Shown: piece by piece, positions 1-15,266 of the stretch
Position numbering within the stretch: position 1 is the stretch's first letter
How the letters are laid out: every line of letters begins with the position of its first letter
IMG/VR virus record: IMGVR_UViG_3300027770_000057
Coordinates: 52,400 to 72,399 of that record
Reading direction: 5' to 3' (one strand)
Source: an uncultured virus (IMG/VR IMGVR_UViG_3300027770_000057)
Taxonomy: Duplodnaviria; Heunggongvirae; Uroviricota; Caudoviricetes
Length of the DNA: 20,000 nt
Notes under the pieces: generated by a model
Told to the model about the DNA's origin: nothing
The model's database searches: none
What the model saw: the letters and a program-made list of their open reading frames with translations, nothing else
Made by a program: the position numbers and the translations under genes

Positions 1-1821
1 TTCATAAGTGCTATCATAACTGTATTGTAAATAATTTCCTCCAGCCCTTAAATAAACATAACCTCTTCCAATAGGCCTTTCTTGCATTTCTAAAACATGA
101 GAACCACGCTCCTTGTTATCTTTTTGTGGTGCAGTTAACCTTAAAAATTGACTAGCTGTTTTTTCTTGATCGTTTCTGTCGCTCATGTAAAGTTCAAGGC
201 CATAACCACTTCTTAATTGAATATAAGCATTTGTTGCATTGCTCACAGGAAAATTATTCTCAGTCCTACATTCCATACTTTTTTGGAAAACGCCTTCATC
301 AATCATTTTAAATACATGATTACTAGTAGAATTCATGGTTATTCCACGATTTGAACCACCAGTGCCAGGACATTCAGATAAAGTTTCATCGCATAAAAAT
401 ATTTCATTGTTTAATGCAGATTTTATCCTTATTCCGTTATCAGCAGATCTTACTTTAGATGGTTGTTCATAATCAATCATTGAAATTGAATGACCTGTAC
501 AACTCTTCCAATATGTTCTTCCTAAATACTTATCATTACATCCAAAATCAAAAGATTCTAAAGACCTTTGCCATTCAGGTGTTCCTCTAGGTTCTTCAAC
601 GCTATCATCCATAACAAAAGTATGACCAGATATAGAAAGAAGTTGTATTCCTGTTTGGGGAAGATCACATTTGTTATTCTGAGGTGTCTGTGGTCCTTTT
701 ATTGGCCTACATTCATTTGCTGATTTAAAAAAAGGATTTGTTCCTTTTTGAGTATTTGCGTAAATAGTTCCTTCTGGAGTATCGGGATGACCACCAATTA
801 CATTTTCAGACTGCTTGCCACAACTTACTGGATTAGGGAAACCTTCTGGAGTTTCTTTTGAAAATGGTAAACCAGGTTCTATAATATCAGTTATATAATC
901 AAATCCTTTTGGTTCTTGGAAAGCAGTATCACTTTGTGGCGTTAAAGCAGTAACATCTTCATTGATATTTGGTTCTTTCGCATCAACATAACAATTTGTA
1001 CTACCATCTCTGGTTCCATCTCCACATTGAGGATGTGCCCATTGACCAGCGTAGTGTAAATGATCATCTTTAAAAATCATCCAATTACCACACCCAGATA
1101 AAAGCTCCATCCTTTTCCACTTCCTATTGCATTTACCATCACCATCAACCATTTTAAGCATGTGTTTTTCAGGAGTTTTAAAACCATAAATATTTGGAAA
1201 AGTAGCTCTTTTTAATGCATCTAAATTATTATCTATATCTGTAATTGATGTAATGTCATATCCATTATAACTTTCAGTATTCCAAGGAGGTAAAACTTGC
1301 GAGCCATTGTTAGGGCCAACTAAATAATTATTTCTTTTTCTTTCATATAAAACATCGTATTCTTCAACTGGTATACCCCAAGCATGGCTTCCATCAGCAC
1401 CTCTATCTCTTGTCCATGTTGTTCCAATATAATAAGCAGATTCTTTATTTCCATGCTCAAAAACTAAACAAACTGTTGATCCTGCTGGAGGAACCCATGA
1501 TGATCCAGAATCATCAAATCCTCCAAATGTACTAATTGGAAATGCCCATGGTAAAGCAGTTACTTCTATCGATTGATTATTTGCATTTCTTGGATTAACT
1601 AAAACTGGATTAAAATATCTTACTCTATTTTGCTTATAAATATCAAATGTATCTATTACAAGAGCAGTGTACATCCCAGTTATTTGCGTGTCTTGTTTTA
1701 CAGTATTAGAAGATTTGTTTAAGAATGTTTGAGGTATTTTGTTTACAGCTAAGCTTAATTCATTAATGTATTTTTCTAAAACTTTTAATTTGCTATCTAG
1801 ACTATTAATTTTATTGATCAT
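1..1821 (-). CDS. Baseplate central spike, T4 gp5/VgrG-like (OB-fold plus beta-prism repeats); 3' end lies beyond the window
   Basis: Not in the ORF track. I read an open minus-strand frame from ATG at 1821 to position 1 (607 codons, no stop). The N-terminal part has the gp5 OB-fold pattern: GMYTALVIDTFDIYKQNRVRYFNP...LPWAFPISTFGG...WVPPAGSTVCLVFEHGNKESAYYIG. It is followed by gp5-type hairpin repeats (SISGHTFVMDD, SCTGHSISMID, STSNHVFKMID, SGYGLELYMSD). AAGG precedes the ATG, and the gene follows the hub-like gene. Confidence 0.88.
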   Translation of the reverse strand, partial: MINKINSLDSKLKVLEKYINELSLAVNKIPQTFLNKSSNTVKQDTQITGMYTALVIDTFDIYKQNRVRYFNPVLVNPRNANNQSIEVTALPWAFPISTFGGFDDSGSSWVPPAGSTVCLVFEHGNKESAYYIGTTWTRDRGADGSHAWGIPVEEYDVLYERKRNNYLVGPNNGSQVLPPWNTESYNGYDITSITDIDNNLDALKRATFPNIYGFKTPEKHMLKMVDGDGKCNRKWKRMELLSGCGNWMIFKDDHLHYAGQWAHPQCGDGTRDGSTNCYVDAKEPNINEDVTALTPQSDTAFQEPKGFDYITDIIEPGLPFSKETPEGFPNPVSCGKQSENVIGGHPDTPEGTIYANTQKGTNPFFKSANECRPIKGPQTPQNNKCDLPQTGIQLLSISGHTFVMDDSVEEPRGTPEWQRSLESFDFGCNDKYLGRTYWKSCTGHSISMIDYEQPSKVRSADNGIRIKSALNNEIFLCDETLSECPGTGGSNRGITMNSTSNHVFKMIDEGVFQKSMECRTENNFPVSNATNAYIQLRSGYGLELYMSDRNDQEKTASQFLRLTAPQKDNKERGSHVLEMQERPIGRGYVYLRAGGNYLQYSYDSTYE

Positions 1822-1837
1822 TTAAAATACCTTGCTA

Positions 1838-3535
1838 TCAAAACTTCATAATGTTTATGCTGTATAATTCTAATGTAGTAGTGTAAGATCCAGAATTAAT
1901 TGTAGACCTGCAAGATTTTACTTGATAAACTTGAGATAATTCTTTATTACAAGCACTTTTAGCTAAAGATTCACATGCACCATTTTCATTTGTTGTTACT
2001 TTTACACAATATGGATCAATGAAAATAATTTTTATATATGGAGTCTTAAGCCAATTAACAGTATTGGCCCAGTAAGGGTCACCATGAATCTCAAGATCTG
2101 CTTTAATTGGCCCAACGATTGGTAAATTGTCTAAATCAACACCAGCTATTAAGTTTGCTTGTAATGTTTCAATTTTTATTGCAGCAATTCTAGAAGGAGG
2201 CGTATCATTCATTGTAGCTGGCGTTGGTGAAATATTTACACCTGGCCCATTGCTATAAGTACTTGTAACTGTTGGCTCTCCTGATTGACCAGTTTTTAAA
2301 TTTTTTAACCTTGAACAAGAAGGAATTTGAACAACACCTTGCCCAGTTCCAGATGGGCCTCCACCACCAGTTCCTGCTTTTAATTTTGGAGATTCATTAT
2401 TTTCTGGATTAACTCTAGCTAATGGAGTGGCTTGAAATTGAGTGTTAAATTTTATTACTGGACTACAATCACCACCACCAACAATGTAAGTTGGTATATT
2501 ATCATAGTTAGTTTCTCCTTTCTCACCTAAACACCAATTTGGTTTCCTGTCTTCTATCATTAAAATTGATGGCTTACCTTTAGAACCATTATCATAAGCA
2601 AAATTAAATCCTTTTTTGCTATTTGTTTGAAATCCATTTAAAAGTTCTCTGTAATATTGAAAAAGAGACAATCTGTTTGGATTAAAAACATTAAAAACTC
2701 CATTTTTCCCCCCTTGATCAGGCATGAATTCCCATTCCGTAATCTTTTGGTTAGGTTTTGTTGGAATTGTAACGAAAGCTACAGTTGTTAGACCATCTTC
2801 TTTTTTATTTTCACAATTAAATTTTGCAAATTTGTCTATTGCACCTTTTAATGCACCTTTTAATTTTTCGCTAAAAACAATGTTATCTAATCTAGATTCT
2901 TCAGTTTTTCCAAATCCATCAGTGAATTTAATAGAAACTTTATATACTCCAGCGTCTGATGAAACATTAACTGATTGCATTAGACCATAAATATATGGCC
3001 CAGATGTAGTTTCCTTACCGTCACTAATAATTTTGTAACTATTATTATTGTTACTAGTAGCTTTCTGCATTCCGTACTTATCTACAGAATCATTACATCC
3101 TCTTATAATCCAACCAATATCAATATAAGCTTTAGCTAATGAGGCATCTCCAGACTCATTTCCCATAATAAATTTATCCCACTTACAACCTTCTTTAGGC
3201 ACAATAGAAATTAATTTTTTAACATCATCAAAATCACAAGTAACAAGAGTTATATTTCCTTCAAAACTTGTACCAATAGTCATTTCAAAACTTTGAATAT
3301 ATGAGTTGTTAAATTTATATTCATTGTTACCAGCTGTTGTAACATTTTGACCAAGTGGATCTGCTGTTGAATATGCTTTATCTCCCAAAACAAATAGAAC
3401 ATAAGGAACATAAACACTGTTATCTTTTTTAGTAAAAGGTTCTTTTATTCCACCGCCATTTGTTATGTAATTGAATCCGCTACCGCTTGCACAGGCGTTT
3501 AAAACTTCAAAATTATTTTTGTTGTTACAAGGCAT
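1838..3535 (-). CDS. Baseplate hub protein (T4 gp27 / Mu gp44 / P2 gpD-like)
   Basis: 565-aa ORF. The C-terminal pattern ADLEIHGDP...IKIIFID...YQVKSCRSTINSGSYTTTLEL matches the terminal beta-barrel of hub proteins. It lies between the LysM/gp53-like gene and the spike, the canonical order. Confidence 0.7.
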   Translation of the reverse strand: MPCNNKNNFEVLNACASGSGFNYITNGGGIKEPFTKKDNSVYVPYVLFVLGDKAYSTADPLGQNVTTAGNNEYKFNNSYIQSFEMTIGTSFEGNITLVTCDFDDVKKLISIVPKEGCKWDKFIMGNESGDASLAKAYIDIGWIIRGCNDSVDKYGMQKATSNNNNSYKIISDGKETTSGPYIYGLMQSVNVSSDAGVYKVSIKFTDGFGKTEESRLDNIVFSEKLKGALKGAIDKFAKFNCENKKEDGLTTVAFVTIPTKPNQKITEWEFMPDQGGKNGVFNVFNPNRLSLFQYYRELLNGFQTNSKKGFNFAYDNGSKGKPSILMIEDRKPNWCLGEKGETNYDNIPTYIVGGGDCSPVIKFNTQFQATPLARVNPENNESPKLKAGTGGGGPSGTGQGVVQIPSCSRLKNLKTGQSGEPTVTSTYSNGPGVNISPTPATMNDTPPSRIAAIKIETLQANLIAGVDLDNLPIVGPIKADLEIHGDPYWANTVNWLKTPYIKIIFIDPYCVKVTTNENGACESLAKSACNKELSQVYQVKSCRSTINSGSYTTTLELYSINIMKF

Positions 3536-3536
3536 T

Positions 3537-3857
3537 TTATATAGTTCTAGGAACCCTTAAAGTAAGACCTGATTTAAATTCGTAAATATCTTTAATTCCA
3601 TTAAATTCCATTATGTACCACCAATAATCAACCGTTCCATAAGCTGCGTAAGAAACTAAATCAGGCCTGTATTCAGTAGAAGAATTTATTAATACAAATT
3701 TGTCATTTGAACTTGCTGGTATTGGTTTTCTTTTGTATGTTGAAAAAGTTAATTTATTATTATCACCATAATATAAAACTTTTGAATTTATATATCTACT
3801 TGAAAAATCAACAAACCTTTTTGTTGTAATGTCAGGATAAGAAATTTGATTTGCCAA
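3537..3857 (-). CDS. Baseplate wedge subunit, T4 gp53-like (LysM/tail X-type)
   Basis: Motif YRPDLVSYAAYGTVDYWWYIMEFNGIKDIYEFKSGLTLRVP is the typical gp53/LysM pattern. TTG start 5 nt after GGAGG. Confidence 0.85.
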   Translation of the reverse strand: MANQISYPDITTKRFVDFSSRYINSKVLYYGDNNKLTFSTYKRKPIPASSNDKFVLINSSTEYRPDLVSYAAYGTVDYWWYIMEFNGIKDIYEFKSGLTLRVPRTI

Positions 3858-3858
3858 T

Positions 3859-4380
3859 TTATCCTCCTGTTTCTAATATGTTCTTAGAACCTGGTAAATT
3901 AAAAGTTGCATAAACTACTTCAAATGATAATTCAACATCAAATTTCATTGGTAAAAAAGTCGCTTCATCCCACATAACATCAACTGGAAATTTAACATTG
4001 TAACTTTTTAAAACTGCACATAAAGGATTATCTCCAAGGAGATATCCACATTTTATGGTTACTAATGGAGGTGGAACCATCACGGTACTAGTACCTGAAT
4101 CAGGGTAAACTAAGCTTTCTAAAAATCTTAAATCATACAAATTGTACTGAGATTCTTCTTCGCTCTCAGCAAAAAAGTGAACACTCCAACTTATTGACCT
4201 TGTGTCACCATGAGAAAAAACTTTTAATGGTGCAGACCTACCGATGCCACTTTCGTCTGAATAATTAGCTTGTTTTTGATCACTAATATCAGGTAAAATT
4301 TTCATTTCTAAAGTTGTTTTACCTGATTTAATGTAGCAGTCTGTTAATCTTCTTAATTTACCGTTTACTGTTGCTTTCAA
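3859..4380 (-). CDS. Tail tube-fold protein / tube initiator (T4 gp48/gp54, eCIS Afp7-like)
   Basis: Motifs GRSAPLKVFSHGDTRSISWSVHF, PPPLVTIKCG and AVLKSYNVKF...WDE..LPMKFDVELSF are typical of tube-fold initiators. It sits directly upstream of the LysM gene. TTG start preceded by AAGGA. Confidence 0.75.
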   Translation of the reverse strand: MKATVNGKLRRLTDCYIKSGKTTLEMKILPDISDQKQANYSDESGIGRSAPLKVFSHGDTRSISWSVHFFAESEEESQYNLYDLRFLESLVYPDSGTSTVMVPPPLVTIKCGYLLGDNPLCAVLKSYNVKFPVDVMWDEATFLPMKFDVELSFEVVYATFNLPGSKNILETGG

Positions 4381-4409
4381 TTTATTTCCTTTTATTATTA
4401 TTATATAGT
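4381..4409. promoter_or_regulatory. 29-bp divergent spacer with a palindromic TATATA and the RBS of the tube-initiator gene
   Basis: TATATA at 4402-4407 lies 2 nt before ATG 4410 (+) and upstream of AAGGA-AATAAA-TTG (-). Confidence 0.3.
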
Positions 4410-5132
4410 ATGGAATTTACACAAACTAAATTAAAATTTATAGTTACTGGTACTGGTAGATGCGGAACATTGTATTTATCAAAATTATTATCTTTTTGTA
4501 ATACTTTTTGTGGTCATGAAACTATTTTTGATTATTCTTCATGGAACACAATTCTTCAGAGATTGTTTAATGATAAAAAACTAATTTTAAGTAAAATAGC
4601 AAAAGATACCTATGGAGATTACTTAGAAGATAAAAACATCGAAGCTGATTCTAGTTATATGGCAATGCCATACATACACCTTAATATATTCAATAGTTGT
4701 AATTTTATTCATGTAATAAGACATCCAGAAAATGTTATTAATTCGTTTTGTCATTATTTAAATTATTTTTACGATGAATCTTTTTTTTCTTTAAAAGAAT
4801 ATGATAAAAAATATTTAAATTTTATTTATAAAAATGTACCAGATATTAAAAAATATAAAAATCCTTATGATAGAGCAGCATATTTTTATCTCTATTGGAA
4901 TAATCAAATAGAAGAAAAATTAAAAAATAAAAATAAAATATTAATTAAAATTGAAGAAATTAAAAATAATAAATTATTAGAAGATTTTGTTGGAATTAAA
5001 GTACCTGATGATTTTGAAAAAATATCAACAAATAAAATTGAATATAAAAGATTTAAATTAAAAAATATAAAAAATATAAAAATAAGAAATGATATATTTA
5101 ATTTTTGTGAAAAACATGAATATAATTATTAA
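4410..5132 (+). CDS. PAPS-dependent sulfotransferase family protein
   Basis: 5'-PSB loop FIVTGTGRCGTLYLSKLL, then GHE, and the 3'-PB motif FIHVIRHPENVINSF. I chose ATG 4410 because the track start at 4371 overlaps the divergent gene and adds low-complexity residues. Confidence 0.8.
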   Translation: MEFTQTKLKFIVTGTGRCGTLYLSKLLSFCNTFCGHETIFDYSSWNTILQRLFNDKKLILSKIAKDTYGDYLEDKNIEADSSYMAMPYIHLNIFNSCNFIHVIRHPENVINSFCHYLNYFYDESFFSLKEYDKKYLNFIYKNVPDIKKYKNPYDRAAYFYLYWNNQIEEKLKNKNKILIKIEEIKNNKLLEDFVGIKVPDDFEKISTNKIEYKRFKLKNIKNIKIRNDIFNFCEKHEYNY

Positions 5133-5416
5133 TGAGAATAAACAACAAGAAAAAATTTAAGAAATATATTAAATCTTGTTTTTTTTGCAATGAAAGTAAC
5201 TTGAACTTACTTGATGTTCATAGAATTTATGAAGGTCATAAAGGAGGTGGATACTACCACGAAAATGTTTTAGTTATTTGTGCAAATTGCCACAGAAAAG
5301 TTCATGCAAGTGAAATTTATAATATTAAAAAATATAAATCTTATGGTGGTATTAGCTTGTTTCAAGTAATGTATTTTATTGAAGATAAAGAATATTTTAA
5401 GCCTTGTGATTATTAA
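5132..5416 (+). CDS. Small Zn-binding HNH endonuclease-like protein
   Basis: C16xxC19, LDVH30R31I, GG.Y...N45 and C50xxC53H54xxxH58. The start overlaps the sulfotransferase stop (TAATG at 5130-5134). Confidence 0.8.
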   Translation: MRINNKKKFKKYIKSCFFCNESNLNLLDVHRIYEGHKGGGYYHENVLVICANCHRKVHASEIYNIKKYKSYGGISLFQVMYFIEDKEYFKPCDY

Positions 5417-6021
5417 TCGCTTAATTTAAATGGAGCTTTTTTTCCTGCATTATTAAATTTTTCATTATCTGGTTTATCTTTTCTACCTTTTATATGTTTT
5501 ATGCTAAATGGCTTATCATCCATAGCATCGTTATGCTTTTCATTGTCTGGCTTATCTTTTCTACCTTTTATATGTTTTATGCTAAATGGATGCCCATCCA
5601 TAGCATCGTTATGTCTTTCATTGTTTTTTTTATGTTGCGTTGGTTTTAAATGACTTATATTAAAAAGACCACCATCTCCAGAAGCATTATGTTTCCAATT
5701 ATCAGTTGGTTTGCCATTGCCTTTTATGTGAGTTATTTTAAAAGGTGATTTTTCCCCAGCCTTATTGTGTATTTCATTATTATTGTTTGGTTGCTTTGGC
5801 TTTAAATGATTAATTTTAAAAGGATTTTTTTCGCCAATATTATTCCATAAACGATCATCTTTACTTATGTATAAAATTGCATCAGCAGAAGCTGGAATAA
5901 AATAAGCTGGTGGCAGTAAACATAATCCACCATATCCACATGGATACAGAAGTGTCTTTCCAGCAGTTGCACCTTCTACTATTTTATTTTCTTCTTGTAT
6001 TAGCCATTTTTTAAATGTCAT
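5413..6021 (-). CDS. Hypothetical protein with 5.5 His-containing 26-aa tandem repeats; possible internal head protein
   Basis: 202-aa ORF with N-terminus MTFKKWLIQEE. The C-terminal repeats follow HN.AG....PF.I.H(I/L)K.......N.. at an exact 26-aa period. Confidence 0.8.
   Translation of the reverse strand: MTFKKWLIQEENKIVEGATAGKTLLYPCGYGGLCLLPPAYFIPASADAILYISKDDRLWNNIGEKNPFKINHLKPKQPNNNNEIHNKAGEKSPFKITHIKGNGKPTDNWKHNASGDGGLFNISHLKPTQHKKNNERHNDAMDGHPFSIKHIKGRKDKPDNEKHNDAMDDKPFSIKHIKGRKDKPDNEKFNNAGKKAPFKLSD
5459..5613. repeat. Near-perfect 78-bp tandem duplication within the repeat-protein gene
   Basis: ttttcattatctggtttatcttttctaccttttatatgttttatgctaaatgg...catccatagcatcgttatg recurs 78 nt later with only a few substitutions. 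More diverged copies extend to about 5850. Confidence 0.9.
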
Positions 6022-6055
6022 GATGTATATATTGTTATTTTATATATTCTTACTG

Positions 6056-12913
<6,858 letters not shown>

Positions 12914-12937
12914 TAATTAGCCTTAAACATTATTATT

Positions 12938-13423
12938 TTATAATCTAGTTATTTGATCAGCGTTTATATTTGTATTGTTATTTATTTGATTACTAACATC
13001 ATTTCTAATAATACTTGCTTCTTTTGGTGTTAAAACTCTTGCAATTCCAATAATGTTTAAAAAAGCATCACAATCAAATATTTTAACGCTTCGCATTCCA
13101 ACTTTTTTATATTTCCTATAAGCTTTTATTATATATCCACTTCCTTTTACTAAATTGTATCCAAAGTTAGGATTTCCACAGGCATTGAATTTTTTGCCAA
13201 GAAGTTCTTTTATTGTATAAAATGTTAATGCGTGTATGTTTAAGCCAGAAATATATTTAGTAGTAAGCTTAGTTACTATTATGGTAGGATATGGGTCATG
13301 TTTAAAGAAGTCATATTTGAATGCAATTATAGAACCTTTTCCTAATGTTTTAGGCCCTAGTCTTTTAGTTGATTTACCAAAATCTTTTGGTAAATCTTTT
13401 GAATAGAAAGGATCTTCAGCCAT
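12938..13423 (-). CDS. DNA end protector protein, T4 gp2-like
   Basis: Pattern GSIIAFKY...D.YPTIIV...ISGLNIHAL...YNLVK...IIKAYRKYK resembles gp2 (F.Y, D.FPL, GLNLHY, K.Y). I placed the start at ATG 13423 (MAEDPF, 161 aa), 1 nt after the upstream stop, instead of the track's 13528. Confidence 0.65.
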   Translation of the reverse strand: MAEDPFYSKDLPKDFGKSTKRLGPKTLGKGSIIAFKYDFFKHDPYPTIIVTKLTTKYISGLNIHALTFYTIKELLGKKFNACGNPNFGYNLVKGSGYIIKAYRKYKKVGMRSVKIFDCDAFLNIIGIARVLTPKEASIIRNDVSNQINNNTNINADQITRL

Positions 13424-13424
13424 A

Positions 13425-13934
13425 TTAAAGACCAAATCCATTTTTGGAGTAAACTTGGTTTGAATAATCAGTACCAGTATTTCTAACAACGATTGAGCCA
13501 GCTTTATCACCAGCAGATTGACCATCAATAATTTTTCCCATTAATTCATCTTCTGCAAATTTAGAGTGTTTGAAAAACTTTCTAATTTCCAATGCAACTT
13601 CTTTAACTAATGTTTCAGTAGCTTCTTTTTTTTCAGCTTCGACATTACATATTTGATTGAATAAATCATTAATATCTAAAGCTCTAGCTAATCCATATGG
13701 TAAAGTTTCTTTTGTTTTGCAAACTTGAAATGACATAGTTTGACCATTTTCAAATATTCTAATTCCTTCAAAATCTAAATTATTCAAAGGATTAAAACAA
13801 AATATATATGGCTTTGATTCACCTAGAAAAGAATCTACTCTTAATCCATCTTTTTCAAGAATCTTTTTTACTAGATTAAGTCTTTCTTCTGTTTCTTTAT
13901 GTTGTGCAAAGGCAAATTCTAAAAAAGTTTTCAT
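13425..13934 (-). CDS. Hypothetical protein with a T4 capsid-targeting-like N-terminus
   Basis: 169-aa ORF tightly packed in the operon. It starts MKTFLEF. I recognise no catalytic motif. Confidence 0.75.
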   Translation of the reverse strand: MKTFLEFAFAQHKETEERLNLVKKILEKDGLRVDSFLGESKPYIFCFNPLNNLDFEGIRIFENGQTMSFQVCKTKETLPYGLARALDINDLFNQICNVEAEKKEATETLVKEVALEIRKFFKHSKFAEDELMGKIIDGQSAGDKAGSIVVRNTGTDYSNQVYSKNGFGL

Positions 13935-13937
13935 AGT

Positions 13938-15266
13938 TTAGCAATTTCTAAGCAACATTTCAGGTGCAGAAGGAATGCATCTTTGCAAAACTTTCAAATC
14001 ACTTGGGTTGCCATTATAAGGTATAGATTTAATGTTAATACCAGTAAAAGAATAAGCAGCTTCTTTTACAATTTCTTCACTGGCAATTAAAAATAGAACG
14101 CCATCTCTTCTTGCCATAAATTCTATATTTTGCTTAATAGGTTTTCCTGATTCATCAAGTTCACCAGTATCTTTTTGATATAATATTTTAACATCAGAAG
14201 CAGTAATAATATTATTATCTTTATCAATAATCGCTTCTGAGTTTTCATTTTCATAAAACTGAACAATTATCTTGCCTTTGTTATATGCAGATTTCAATGC
14301 TGTAGAAAGATCTAATCCCAGCATGAATATAGTTCCATCTTCATTAACAACATTTACTAAAAAAGACCTTTTTTTAAAGAAGCTAGAAATGCTATCAATT
14401 ATAATTCTTTTTCTTAGAATATCTTTTTCTTCAGGTGCTCCATTTTCTAATCTTTCTATTTCTGAATCAGATAGATATTTTTCTGGTTCATCAGCAGTCA
14501 TGAACCATCTTCCTAGATCAACAGATCCAAATTTAGAATTCATTCTAGTTGAAATCTTAATTGAATAATCTTTTTGATTAAATACTAAATCTTCATTTAA
14601 GCCACCAGATCCAACTTGAACTGATAACAGCAAGGAGGCTATGAATTTTCTATGTAGATCGCCTTTTAGTCCATGAAGTCCAATTAGCTTAATGAATACA
14701 TTTGCAACATCAGGAGAGCTTTGTAAGCTATTGATTATGTGGTTAGTCAAAGAAACAGAAGGATTGTTTTGATCTAATTCTTCTTTTATTAATTTTCTAA
14801 TTTCGTTAGATACTTTTTCAATATTAGCTTGTTGTCTTAAAAAGCAAATTTGAAGATTATCTTCAACAAACTTTCTACGATGTGGATCAAGATCATAATC
14901 TCTTACTTTTTGAATCATATTAATAAGTTTGTTTGTATCGCCTTTAATAGTTTCTTTAAAGTAATCACTTTCCCAAGTATCATAATCAAAGTCTTTTGCT
15001 TCTTCTGGCATATCAGGAGAAGCTGGATCATTTGATGGATCTGGTTTATCTGCTGGTTTTGGTTCAAGTTGTTCAGGGGCACTACCAGAGATTTTATCAT
15101 TTAAGTTTGCAACATTATTATCTTCTGATGGTGGCATTTTAGCTCCAGCACCTGGTAAAAATGCTTGTTGGGAATCTGATGGAACACCAGCAAGTGATTC
15201 AGGGCCACCGCCAACGACAGGATCTTGTTCATTAATTAGCCATGCTTCAAGAATCGATATATTCAT
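13938..15266 (-). CDS. Hypothetical protein with an acidic Pro-rich N-terminal linker; possible virion protein
   Basis: 442-aa ORF. The N-terminal WLINE is followed by about 75 aa of P/D/S/G-rich low complexity and then a globular region. Confidence 0.8.
   Translation of the reverse strand: MNISILEAWLINEQDPVVGGGPESLAGVPSDSQQAFLPGAGAKMPPSEDNNVANLNDKISGSAPEQLEPKPADKPDPSNDPASPDMPEEAKDFDYDTWESDYFKETIKGDTNKLINMIQKVRDYDLDPHRRKFVEDNLQICFLRQQANIEKVSNEIRKLIKEELDQNNPSVSLTNHIINSLQSSPDVANVFIKLIGLHGLKGDLHRKFIASLLLSVQVGSGGLNEDLVFNQKDYSIKISTRMNSKFGSVDLGRWFMTADEPEKYLSDSEIERLENGAPEEKDILRKRIIIDSISSFFKKRSFLVNVVNEDGTIFMLGLDLSTALKSAYNKGKIIVQFYENENSEAIIDKDNNIITASDVKILYQKDTGELDESGKPIKQNIEFMARRDGVLFLIASEEIVKEAAYSFTGINIKSIPYNGNPSDLKVLQRCIPSAPEMLLRNC

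Noticed and set aside
1..4380. Bacterial T6SS/eCIS/tailocin locus instead of a phage
   Set aside because: The gp2-like and TerS-like genes, capsid-targeting-like leaders, very long TMP and lack of host housekeeping or T6SS membrane genes favour a large phage.
5413..5416. TTAA as a transposon target-site duplication
   Set aside because: There is no transposase or terminal inverted repeat. It is explained by overlapping convergent stop codons.
5459..5850. 78-bp repeats as a CRISPR array
   Set aside because: The units are contiguous, in-frame coding repeats with no unique spacers and no cas genes.
13424..13640. Programmed frameshift (tail chaperone G/GT type) joining the 169-aa gene to the next ORF via the A8 run near 13630
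   Set aside because: The downstream ORF's frame has a TAA at 13541-13543, between the A-run and that ORF. The downstream gene has its own ATG at 13423 and looks gp2-like.
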